Shown here one piece after another: positions 23,701-35,519 of a stretch of 64,000 nucleotides of DNA. Numbering within the stretch: the stretch's first letter is position 1; each line of letters starts with the position of its first letter. The translations under genes and the position numbers were made by a program. The notes beneath the pieces were generated by a model that was given only the letters and a program-made list of their open reading frames with translations, ran no database searches and had not been told where the DNA came from. The stretch is taken from positions 1 through 64,000 of the forward strand of contig CBFFRP010000398.1 in assembly GCA_965644295.1 (NCBI GenBank). Reading direction: 5' to 3'. Source of the stretch: Paraphysomonas bandaiensis. Lineage: Eukaryota > Protista > Chrysophyceae.

Positions 23701-26700
23701 TTGAAGAAGATGAAGTTTCTGAGACTCCTGAGGAAGATACTACAGGCGACATGACCTTCAGTCTTTTCGGTCTTATCAAAAAAAAAGCTGGAACGGAAGA
23801 TATTTTGAAGGTGGCTCATTGTATATCGTTTTGTTTAGCATTGGTTACCGTACTTCTCATATTCATATGTTCCGTATATTTCGACAAGACATGCGCTACT
23901 CGTATTGCAATAAATACCATGTATAGGAGGATGCGGAAGACGTCGGTACACCAAGGGAGGACGATGATGACGCGCCGCCAGCGGAGGACGTGTATCGCAA
24001 TGAAGCGGAGATAGAGCAGCTTAAGTTGGAGCAAAATCGTTCCCGCCAAATGATACTTGGAAAGTATATTTACGATCCTGAAGCGAAGGGAGAAACATTC
24101 AATGAAACGATCTTTCGATTTGCTATGATGAACCCAGAGCCTACGTATGAACATTTATGGATTCGGCTGAAGTCGGTTGACAAAAACATGACCGATGTAA
24201 AATTGCGGGAATTATTGTCCGAAGTGCCATCTAAGAGATTATTAATGCTCTACCTTAAACAAATAGCTCGTCCTGAGTTAGAGGAGGAGCTACGTAGCCA
24301 CTATCGTATTGCTCGTAATCAATCATACATTGCGGATGTGCTGAAGTGTATATGCGAGACAGATTTGGAGACTGGATATCTGAAGAAGTTTTTGGATAGT
24401 TATACTGATGTCGCGGAAGGCGGACTAAGAGCTTTGGTGAGCGATGATATCAGCAAGAGCATTAGTGAAATTGAGTATATGGTGGAGAAGCGATTCCATG
24501 GTGCTGAAGGGCGTATACCAGAGCTTGATATTGTGAAAGCAGAGCTAGATCGTGTGTCGGCGCACTATAAGCGATTTCGGACATCGTCTATTGAAATTGA
24601 GCGTACTATCAGTCAGCTTCGTTTACGTTATAAGAAAATATCTCTTTCTGTTGGGGAAATGGCGAAGAAGCAGTTTGTGGTGCAAAGCATATACGATTCC
24701 AAATTAGGTGTGCCGCAAGCTAGAATTCCTATAACGAGTGAGCATAGGCATAATTGGATGCGCCGCGTTAACACCGCACTCCGACGACCCGCCAATACTC
24801 TTCAAGAAGCTGAAATTAAATTCGGTGAAATTCGATGTGTGTGCAAGGAGTTTCTAGAATATGCCACACATGATGCCATGGTTATCATACAAGAACATTT
24901 TCAACCGAAAGAATTTCGATCTACCCCAATTCTTTCTGAAAAATATGTTCGTGGGCGATCTAGTGCGCTGGGACGTGGAGTGGACGGAAAGTCCTACACC
25001 TATGAGGCACACAACATAATATACACCGTTTGCTTGGACTATAACGGAGTGTTTGACGGCAGTGATGAATTTTCTCTCAAAGCTGGTGGTTTTGAGCGTC
25101 TCGGGTCAGTAGAGTATTTTAAGTGTCACACACCTAGGTTAAACATCCCCATTGTTGCCACGATTGACTACTTCGGGTTCCGCGTAATCGCCGTTTCAAA
25201 GCTTCCTACAGAAACTATCCTGTTTACGGATGAAGGGGAGGTTAAAAAAATTAAGGAAGAGCAACTGCATGGAATGAAAGATGATGGAGATAGATTTGTA
25301 AACAAAAGCAAAACTGTGTTTAATCTATTGCGTCAAACAGCCCAAAAGTTAAATCTCGCAGAGCATGGATGTCGTGGTATGCAGGATATGTCAGGCACCA
25401 AGACGTATTGCTCTAGTGAGATAAAAATATACAAAGCATCAGATGATGAGTTTTACATGAAAGACTTTTGGAGAGCGTTTCCTGCAGAGGACCCGGGTGA
25501 GACGCCCTATTTCACACCTACCCCTAGAGGTCAAAGTGTTTTTTGGCGGCAACTCCGCCCAGAGTTTGTAAGGCGGTATGAGAAACCATTAAGCCCTGAC
25601 GCAATTTGTGCCGCTGCCTACGGTCAACCTGATGAGAAAGAGCACTATGATAATGCAAAGGATGCAACGAAATACTTGGTACAACATGTTATACCAAGGT
25701 ACACTGAGACTTTATGCAACAGAGAGTATACGCAGGCTTTAGCGGATGGTCTTGGAGTTGATCTTACAACGGAGCTGCATGACCAAGGTATTGGTATCCG
25801 ACATTTAGGGTATATTCGGGGACTTATGTGGAGAAAACTTCCCGGAACATTTAATATATTTTTTAATGAAAGATTTATCAGAACGTCAGTAGATTTAAGA
25901 GGGGAGGTAACAAATGGAATGTTTATCCGGTTAGCTGGAGTGATGTACACTGTAACTGAAACTGACAAGCGTAAAGTGACTCATAACCGTATTCCTATTG
26001 GAACCCTATTTACTGGACTCTCTCTACGAAATCAAGAAGCTTTTGCTGGACACATGAAGACTGAAAAGAACTGTGATGATATCCGCAGTGTACTTTTAGC
26101 GGAGATGGTTGCGCGTACGCTCAAGAATCTACTCCGCATGCAGCTTCGTGAATACGCCAAGGTCGAAAAAGGAATTTCAACTGATTTCAAGCGAAGTCTT
26201 CTCTGCAAAATGTTTAATGTAGCCACTGGGTCTGATCCTGAATCCAATGAACTCCTCATGACGCCAGTATATGAGGGTATTCGTTCGCGATTTGGAGTCA
26301 TGTCGGTACTACCTAGTGAAAGAGATTTGCTACAGAAGGCTATTGTGCCGTGTTGCATATATATCATTCGACGACTCCAGAAGATGACAGGCTCTCAGCT
26401 CAGTGCTCAGTGCATCACTGAATTTCACGAACATCCTGAATCTTTTCATTTTGTACCCATGGATTTTCTGTCGGTAGCACCCATAGTGAAGCACAATATG
26501 CCTGCCTTGTCTTTTGCAGACGCAATGCTTGCTTCCATGTATGCGTCTGAGGGAGAAAAACACACATACACTGCAGAAGTGTTGGCAGATCAGCCTCCAT
26601 TGTTCTTTCTTCTTAATGAACGCAATGGCACTCGCACTGCAGAAAATAAAGGTGTGCTAGGACAAGAGTACAATGCCAAGTACAGTAGTGGGTGTGTATT

Positions 26701-29700
26701 TGAACAGCCTGGACCCGTTTACCCTGACCCCTACATTCGTGCTGTTGCTTTTGAGCCAGAAAGGTTAAGTCGTGTTGAGACACGCTATCATTCATCGGCA
26801 GTGCCCAGGCACAGTAGTACACACTTCACAGTGGAAGCGTTTGCCAAATGCACTGGAGGGGAGAGCTACAACAGAGTTGTATGTATGAATGGGCGGTATG
26901 GGATATCTGTTACAAGAGAGAACGATTGGTCGTTTATAATGAGGGAAGGAGGTCTTCATGAGATAAGCATCAAGATTGCACCAGTGGAAATGAATAAATG
27001 GACTCATATTGTGGGAACATACGACGGAACCAGTCTGAGATGCTACGTGAATTCTTGGCTCACAACGCAAGTTGAGGTGGAAGTGCCATTGAGAGAACGA
27101 ATGGATGAGTATTTCGAAACTTTTGAGAAGAAACGAAAGGAACTCAAAAATCTTGAAGTGGCAGAACGAGAATCGATTAAAGCGACAGCGAAAAAGCAAT
27201 GCGAGGATTATTTTGTGACGAAAGATGGGATTTCAGCAATGAAAACTGCTGCGCGCCATTTAATGAACAGCAAAGAATTCCAAGCTGAGGCCATCGGAGA
27301 GCAGTCTGGTAGTCGTGATGCTGCTATAAATAAGAAGAAAGCGGAGGCTTTAAAGAGAGTCAAACACAAATATGCGACGGATGTATATGTTAATGCTGTA
27401 CAACAGTGTACAGAGAGGTTCAAAGAGATGTATGATGAACTTGAGGACAGGAAAAAACGCGAAATTGAGGAGAGTGAACACAATGGCAAGAAACCACTGA
27501 GGATTGGGGCCAGTGTTACAACTCTTGCATCAAAGCACGGCAAGAGCTATTTTTACGGTCATATTTCCTGTGTAGCTGTATATAACAAGTGCCTTTCATT
27601 GGACCGAATTCGTGCCCATTTTGTGGCTTCTCAAGCGAACGCCGCGAAGGATGCGCCAAGATTACACGCGGTGGCAGCCCGGCTGTATGAACAGGCATTA
27701 CTGTTTGCGGGAGATGACCCCATGCTTCTTAGAAATTATGCAAAGTCCTTGTGTCAATATCTTCGAGTGGAGAACACAACTACAACGGAATTTGCGATAG
27801 CACGCGGAAAAGCGAAGATCAAAAATGCCATTGACGATTTTAAGAACCGCATGTTGCCTCTCGGTATTGCTGAGATTATTATGGCGTTGCCGGTGGAGTA
27901 CAGATTTGCGGACCTCGTCTGTCATGGATTCCTGGCCATTCGGCAGATTGATAGCCAGTTCTTTGCATCTAGTGTGGGGGTTACGCGAAAAGATCTTGTA
28001 CAATTGCCCCGAAAGTTTGGTTTGGAGATTCCTGATAGCCCTGAGGTGTATACAGAGGCCGCAGCGGGTATATATAAGGAAGTAACAAAGGATTATGATT
28101 GCGCTGAAGTGTATGGTGACATCAATATGTCATGGATAAACGACTTAAAGTCTCATCACCTCACAACTGCATTAGTTTCGCAGTTAGCGGAAGATAGTGA
28201 ATGTCGGAGTGTTGTCATAAGTCAACTATATCAAGCTTGTCCAAAGAATATACCAACACTGCACGATGATGATGTTAAGGTAGATATATACTAATCTCAG
28301 TTGAACACCATCCATACATCACACTTTGGTATCGCTGTGACTAATGTGTTCATCATTGACACATATAAATTATATTTTATAATGTATCTGTATAGGTGAT
28401 GTGCAGCAACATGAGGCTTTTGGTTGTGGTAGATCTTAGTAGATGCACAAGAATTACAGACGCATCAATAGCAGCTTTGGCTACGCTGAGGTATGTTGTG
28501 TACACTAGTAGCAACGTTGTCGTATTGTGAAATATGTGTGGCTAGTGTGTGATGTATGTTTTGTGCTCCAATCCTTATACGTTGGTGTCCTCACCTACAT
28601 GGAGGTGGCATTATTACAATAGATATATAAGTTCGCGTGAATTTTGATGTATAATTTCAAGTATCTTGGTTCCTGATTTTGATTGACACTTGGTTTCATA
28701 CACAGATCCCTGCGTGTACTGACACTGGATGGATGTGAGCATATCAGTGACGACGGCATGGAGGAGCTAGTGGCATGTAAAGAATCTTTAGAGGTTCTTT
28801 CGATTGCTGGAGTGCAGTCAATAACAGATGAGGGGCTAGGATATATTGGTCGGCAGTGCCGGCTCCTGACATCTATAAATGTGAATAACTGCTCGCAAGT
28901 TAGCGCGGAGGGGCTTGTGTCTATTGCTAGAGGTTGTAAAAAGTTGATCTGCATGCTGGCATCTGCAACGCACATAAATGATGCTGGCATTGCTGCCATC
29001 AGTGCCTTATTATCAAAGAAATACATGGACACGATAGATATTAGCTTCTGCAGAGATATTAGCGACCATGGCATAGGTAATAATTTTTGTGTTAGTTTTT
29101 CATCTCACCCAGTATTGTAGTTACCCTTGTCGATCAGTGCCCTAACTTATCTACCTTAAATATATGCGGTTTAAATCGCGTTACCGAAATTGGAACAAAT
29201 GCCATTTGTTCTAACTGCTGGAAGATCGCGCACCTTAATATGGAGGATGTTTTTTTGCTGGACGACGACTCGTTTTACTTCGATCATATACAAGACGGGC
29301 GCAAAGCCGCAGATGAGAATATGCTAAAGGCTTTGGTGACGTTGAACCTGAAAGACTGTGTACATATCACCGACAGAACATTGCAGGGGCTTCAACAGCG
29401 TTGCGCCCATATTGAGACATTGATCCTTCAAGGATGTCATAAACTCACGGATGTGTCACTCGCTGCCATGTACGAGGCTGTAAATGATACATGCAATAAT
29501 TTGTTTCCCATGTGTGACTCTTTCCGTTCCTTGAATTTAGCCTCGTGCTTGCACTTTACGGCACCAGCACTTACCAAGTTGTTCTCAAAATGTGGTATGC
29601 TTGAAAATCTTGATTTGTCGGGAGTTAATGCCGTGAATGATGCGTTAATCGAAGAGCTATGCCAGCTGTGCCCAACCATCCAATCGCTTAGTCTTTCGCG

Positions 29701-30004
29701 CTGTACGTTTATATCAGACAACTGTTTATGTTGCATTGCGAGTAACCTGTGGCTGGAGCACTTGGATATTTCGTACTGCAACAAGATCACTGACTGTGGT
29801 ATAGAAGTACTTTCGACGGCATGCAATGGGTTGGTCACATTAGCGTGTAAGCGCCTCCGTCGTTTAACAAATAGATCTGTCAATATATTACTACGCAATT
29901 GCAAGTTGATGAAACGGTTAGACATTAGTGAATGTGGGAACGTGAATTTAGAGGCATTCGAGGAATTCACCAAAGGATATCAAAATGTACATGTTATCAC
30001 TTAA
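20797..30004 (+). CDS. Very large multi-exon protein: coiled coil, EF-hand-like region, IQ motif, CLU (clustered mitochondria/eIF3 p135-like) domain, LamG-like domain and cysteine-containing LRRs
   Basis: Consecutive + strand ORFs separated by GT-AG introns. Motifs: YDADRTGYF; SAIVIQTMARAYIQRR (IQ); IPIVATIDYFGFRVIAVSKLP, LRPEFVRRY and ELHDQGIGIRHLG (CLU); WTHIVGTYDG..YVN and LRIGA..FYGHISCVAVYN (LamG); repeated LxxLxLxxCxxITD units. The single-gene model is inferred. Confidence 0.72.
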
Positions 30005-30312
30005 GATACGAAAAATGAATCGTCATCTGAACATGTTCGACCTTAAGTACGCTTATTTACATATAAATAAGTACTGCTTTTGCCTGCTGTAAATAAGAAT
30101 ACATCATACTTATATAGGCCTCAACATACCTGTTAAATGCATGTGAACAGTGTAAACCAATGACAAATCTGATGAAATTACTAAGCCACAATCTATCAAT
30201 GAGTACTGAACCTACCACGTCGAGCATTGAAATGTAGAGTATTCACCTTAAACTTTATCACGGCTAATATAGCTAGCAAAATTAGACGGCCTGATTATTT
30301 ATATACTTAAAT

Positions 30313-30408
30313 TATATCAAGGCTAGGGAATAATATATTGCAATACTATTGTTAGCGTTCCATTAATACTATTGATGGAGGTTTGAACGTTTAAACAGGC
30401 CCAACAAT
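30313..30408. repeat. Tiny palindromic repeat (MITE-like); inverted homolog at 44205-44297
   Basis: The reverse complement aligns with 44205-44297 (GGGCC.GTTTAAA, CCATCAATA.TATT.ATGGAACGCTA, ACAATAGTATTGCAATAT, TTCCCTA.CC.TGATATA). Confidence 0.7.
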
Positions 30409-30920
30409 CAACAACACAATTACAATATATTACAATGGAGATGTAGTACAGATTAAAATAAGAATATAAGTGGCATTGTAGTGATACAAGATTGAATAAC
30501 GTTAAAGTGATGAACACATAGGTTACGTTATATGGTTATTTATTATAAAAAGTCAGCTAAGCTTCAAATGAACTTATTAACTCTACTGCTATCAGGTATG
30601 TGTCATGTCGTTTGATATATACTGCGCTATAGAGTTTATCTCTGTTTCTACTGTTGTTAGTGGTAGTATTAGCCCCGCATAATAGGGCGCTCACTCCAAA
30701 TTAGGCGTTACTTAAATGCATGCAAAGTTTTGAAGCTGTGGCTCGAAACTGTTATAGGCTACATAAAAGCATAGGCTCCAGGCAGAATGCAGGACAATTT
30801 CATTAAGGACATCATCTACATCATATTAGCGTTATGAGTGGGATGCCTTGAGATCATGACATCAGTCATAATCCTCAAAGCCCAAAGTTATCTCTTAGAG
30901 TTAAAATGGTTTGACTGGTG

Positions 30921-30998
30921 GACAAGCATAACACAAAAATAGTAAAGTAATGGTGTGATGATCAAGACCTTATCTGTATCGATTGGCCTGGTGTATCA
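30921..30998 (+). pseudogene. Degenerate Tc1/mariner (DDE) transposase fragment
   Basis: Translates DKHNTKIVK*WCDDQDLICIDWPGVS, resembling the Tc1 pattern D-x-K-H-T-S-K...W...WP-x-x-SPDL. Contains an in-frame stop. Confidence 0.45.
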
Positions 30999-32130
30999 AA
31001 GTTTGACATTATATGAGAAGTATTAACCTAACAAAAGAAGGTAAACTTATACACAATGCTGAGAATTATAAATTATAATCAATATCTCTTATCATTCACC
31101 AATTTCATGTTGTCTCTACTATCACTCATTTCTCGTATGGTCTTACTTCGTCACTACATCTTGCATCGTTACTATATTCCGTTAAACTACTATATACTTA
31201 TCGTCATTCATTCTCGTAGTACGATTAATAAGAATACAACTGTATACTATTGTAATTTAAATGCCTTATAACTGCAGCTTGCAATTGCTCTCATATAGCA
31301 GAACTCAACATGGTGAGCTCCAGAATTGAACCCGTTCGTGAACTTTCGGTAGAAATAGATGGTTTAACGTGTATCCTTATCTACATCACATTCTCATATC
31401 AGAATATAGGGATAATACTGCATTGTTAGCTACTTACTTCAGTGGAGTGATGCTAACATATCAGTCTCTCCACTGAATGGACGTATCGGTCAGCTGTGTC
31501 CGGACTGTGTGGATATCATCTTCATAAGGTCTTTGCTTTATGGTATATAGCTATTGGACATATTTTCACAATAATATCTAATCATATTGCTTGAATGTCG
31601 TGTGATGGTATATGACAGTTATGATCACTGAATCAACACTGCTATCACTGTCTTTAACAACCAGTAGCATGTGGTATGAAAGAAATATGAGCTCATGTAT
31701 TCACAGTGAGGTTATGATCATATCACAGCCTGCGTTCCTCTTACTACTACTAGAAGTACCGCATAGTATCCTGTGTGTGAAATATCTGTCTGTTTACGAC
31801 GTGTTTTCTTGAGAATGTGTGGTTTTGTGGCACTTTTGTTTCAAAAACAGGGAATTTTGTTTCAAAATTTAGTTCTTCAAGCTCTACGACACATTTTAAA
31901 AGTATTTTACACAACTCTGAAACTGTCAAAACCCATCTTTTCACATTTTTATAAACATCTACTTGTATATATGAAAATTTGAGGTAAAAGATTTCAGTTT
32001 CTTGTTGCCGAATATTTGAGGCGAGGGTAGAGGAGGGTCAAAGGGGGGTGTATGTGTTTGGCCATATTTTCATCACCCTAGCCCATATATTTTCATATAT
32101 ATATACATTGAAGGTGAATTTATTAGAGAA

Positions 32131-32592
32131 ATGAAAGTGTTTTATTTATTTGCATGTGTGTTGGCTGTTGCTGCCGCTACTTCGGACTTTACGGCGAGTT
32201 CTGCCAAGCCCAAGCCTAAGCCTAAACCCAAGCCCAAGCCCTCACCAGTTGAATACACTGCCTACCCCACAGCCTACCCCACTGCCTATGTTACAGCAAG
32301 TGAAGAAATATCACTTTCTGCTAATCGTTTTGGTTTTGCCAGTGAGGCTACATCTGAGGATATGTTCATATTCGGCAGCGTAATTGCTCTTACCGCTTTG
32401 GTTGCGTTTGTCGTAGTCAGAAAGGTTGTTTTCCGTCCTACCAACGAGCACACACCTCTTGCTGACTGCAGTGAGAGAGCGGCTCCTACATCTTCTATTG
32501 AGATGGCTGAAGAAACTCCCGCAGCTCAAGTCGCTGAATTAGAAAGCGAAAGTCTTTCCCCAGCAATGAAGAACGCTCACTTACGACTTTAA
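32131..32592 (+). CDS. Small type I membrane protein with signal peptide, (KP)6 tract, YPTAYPTAY repeat and one TM helix
   Basis: Signal MKVFYLFACVLAVAAA, then AKPKPKPKPKPKPSP, and hydrophobic MFIFGSVIALTALVAFVVV followed by RK. Confidence 0.8.
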   Translation: MKVFYLFACVLAVAAATSDFTASSAKPKPKPKPKPKPSPVEYTAYPTAYPTAYVTASEEISLSANRFGFASEATSEDMFIFGSVIALTALVAFVVVRKVVFRPTNEHTPLADCSERAAPTSSIEMAEETPAAQVAELESESLSPAMKNAHLRL

Positions 32593-32925
32593 GTGGTTCT
32601 ACCTCGGGCATATTGCTCTTCTTGCTATGATAACGCACATTTAATGCTATGTCATATAATGATATGAAGCTGTTTTTCCCGGAAAGATTCCCTTAGTTTA
32701 ATGCCCCCTTTTATATACCAAAACAATAATAATATAGTGACATGAGGTTGGACGGAAGAAGAGTTGTAAATGATTCACAAGTCATATATATTAAAATAAA
32801 AGATTAATATATTATAATAGTAATCTAGCTTACGACAATACCATTTTAATTTACGTATTGTCAAGTTATACATTGCTCTATAAAAAGCAGCATAATAGAG
32901 CGACAGCTGTGTACTTGTGCCCTAG

Positions 32926-33938
32926 CAGGCAATTATTATTAATTGGCAATTTGCTAAATTTTAGAATAACCTTCTGAACTATAATCTCATCCCAAAGATG
33001 CCGATTTGCACGCAAAAACTTCAACATTTCAAGGTGTCTAGGTGTCATTCGCTTGCGAAAATCAGTCAACAGTCTTAGCTCTGCTAAGCAACCTCTCACA
33101 AACATTGGTAGATTGGTAGTGCTATACAAATGCTTTATGCAACGATATCGTGTTGGCAGTTTGATGCGTGCTTTTTTGCGCTTTCGGTTTCTTTCTCCTC
33201 CTCCTCATCTTTCTCTTCATCGAGTTCTCCTTCGTGTGCAGGTACATCATTTATTAAAAAGCGTCGCACCTGTGCTTTTTCAGCGCGGTTCAGTTCTTCT
33301 TTTTCTTCCCTACCACTACTGCTCTGATCCTTCCAGACTGGACATACTCTGCATTGCCATTTACAAACCCCAATTTGGTAGTTCCTCTATTAGTTCAAAA
33401 AATACTCGTGATGCGATCCTGTTCAATAAATAATAATGATAATCATCCTAGTCTATTACTGTTGTACACACGCACTACTGATCTTCTGTATGAGTGTATT
33501 CTTGCACACACATACTTCTTCTCTTCCTCAGATACTGGTACACTTCTAACGTCATTTACACTACTATTCTTCAATATTTCGAAGCCGTTGAATCTGCAAT
33601 CACCTTTAATATGCTATGTATCTAGACGATCGTTGTTGAAGTGCTCAGTTTTTGTTCTTTGCCAACGATATTTGACATGCTATATATTGCTCTCTTATGA
33701 TAGAGTGTATAGTAACCCTTATATTGACTGCCACACACAATTATGATTAATAAAATGATAACATGACTGTGTGCACATACATCCGAACTTCTGATAATGG
33801 GTTTGTATCTTAAGATGCTATATATAATTTAGTCAAATTGGCAACAATTACCAATAATAATAATTGGAATTATCACTATTAAAACCAATTGAATTAATTG
33901 GCAATCATTGCCAATAAATAAATTGTTGCGCAAGCCTG
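32926..33938 (-). mobile_element. Internally deleted hAT transposon retaining a C-terminal dimerisation-domain remnant
   Basis: 8-bp TSD TGCCCTAG at 32918-32925 and 33939-33946. Termini CAGGC...GCCTG with ATTGGCAAT subterminal repeats. Remnant FRKRMTPRHLEMLKFLRANRHLW, preceded out of frame by NVCERLLSRAK. Confidence 0.85.
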
Positions 33939-34014
33939 TGCCCTAGTATGCATAGTGTTGATTAAACTCAGCAATGCATAGATCATTTTTAAAGCCCGGT
34001 GTATTCTTAGTGTG

Positions 34015-34609
34015 CAGGGCCAGCAGGTAAAAATATATTGGATTGCAATATAAATATTGCAATTTTTTATTTTTGCTTGCTACAATATAATAATTATTAT
34101 TTTAGCAATATTTGGCCTCGCGTCAATAATATTATATTCATCATGCTTGTGTTGTTTACGTTTGCTCGGCCTATACAATAATCAATAATTAACGTTGGGG
34201 AGCGTTTCTTCAGTAGAGCCAAGATAATCATGACACACTTGAGACAAGGAATGACCCCACGACACCTCGAATTGCTGCTGTTCCTTCGCTTCAACAAGCA
34301 CTTCTGGACCGCAAAGACAGTGCAACAGGTCATCGATGATAGACCGTCTGATCATGACGAGAATGAGGACGACAGTGTTGGAATACTTAGAGACTTCAAT
34401 ACTTGCTGCTGCTTTGGCATTGGGTTTTCATCATCATGTTGTTGTACTATGCTAACTACTAATTAGTTACTACCAATCGAACTATATTTTCTTCTTAGCG
34501 CCCAATGTGTATCAATATAATATTGGAACATATTAATTACTTATTATTGGTCTTTAAAATGATATTATTATTTTGGCTGGCAATATATTGTTATCGCCAG
34601 TGGCGCCAG
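34015..34609 (+). mobile_element. Second degenerate hAT derivative with dimerisation-domain remnant
   Basis: GERFFSRAKIIMTHLRQGMTPRHLELLLFLRFNKHFW. Begins CAGGGCC and has AATATATTG subterminal motifs at both ends. TIR and TSD are degenerate, so the boundaries are approximate. Confidence 0.7.
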
Positions 34610-34755
34610 TTAGATGTAAACTATACTACTTCTGCAGTAGATATATGTGAATTCTTGTGTTCGTTCTTAAGGAGATTGACTAAATATTTGTTACTAACTC
34701 ACTTATATATAATTTTGTATACTATTTTCTACCCATACCTAGCCATAATATGCTC

Positions 34756-34998
34756 GTGTGGTACAAGGGACACTAATAAGCGCCTTTGGGCCTTGACGAA
34801 TAAGTGAGCATCCGGGGTATTGGGCTGCCTGCTGAAGACAACAATCCGGGATGCTCACCTCAAGGACTCCAGACACCAGAAGTCAGATATATCAACATTC
34901 TGCTTGCTCACGGCGTTTGCTTTGAGTGATAGAGCGGAGGTGGTTGCACTTTGGTGCTTGCGGTGACACACAAGCAGCTTTCGTAGCGTTCAATAGTA
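34756..34998. repeat. GC-richer dispersed repeat (possible solo LTR), copy 2
   Basis: Homologous to 12364-12371 plus 13687-13970. Starts TGTGGTACA and contains the 10-bp stem GTGAGCATCC...GGATGCTCAC (34804-34858). Confidence 0.75.
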
Positions 34999-35137
34999 GG
35001 ATATCCGAGTTAATCACTAGATAGTTAAATTATTTTGTAACATTAGTTCTGCCCTCAACAAAGTCGGACTCGCACCTTTTCGTGGTGTTCTGGGGGATAA
35101 GTACCGGAGATATTTCTCGGGGAAACTAACGTGAGCC

Positions 35138-35454
35138 TGTGGGCTTGCATACATATGTGTATGTGTGCAAAGCAATACCCAAGTACAGAAGTACAAAATA
35201 ATGATTATTATCGTATAATGAATCATGAATAATACTGTCTACAATATCAACGGCTAATAATACTGTCTACAATATCAACGGCTAATAATACTGTCTACAA
35301 TATCAACGGCTATTGCTAATCCCAACAATCACATTCCCTACAGTTTGTATTCCTAACTACATGGTACACGTATACAATACAGTACTGTACTACTAATCAT
35401 ATAATACAGGACATGTACACGTATATATTCTATATGTAAGTGGATAGTCCTACA
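35138..35454 (-). repeat. 3' LTR of the Gypsy element, with three tandem 28-bp units (AATAATACTGTCTACAATATCAACGGCT)
   Basis: Direct repeat of 40402-40718. Confidence 0.95.
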
Positions 35455-35519
35455 CTACCTCCCCTTATAATTGATGTGTTAATGTGTTATATTGACACTC
35501 AATTCTGTAAACTTTGTTA

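Noticed and set aside
25645-28003. Numerous antisense ORFs of 60-135 aa overlapping long coding exons (also within the Gypsy, CorA, GH130 and BEACH genes)
   Set aside because: These are shadow ORFs expected opposite real coding sequence, with no independent motifs.
35228-35311. Three 28-bp direct repeats (also in the other LTR) as a CRISPR array
   Set aside because: The units are head-to-tail with no spacers, lie inside a eukaryotic LTR and have no cas genes nearby.
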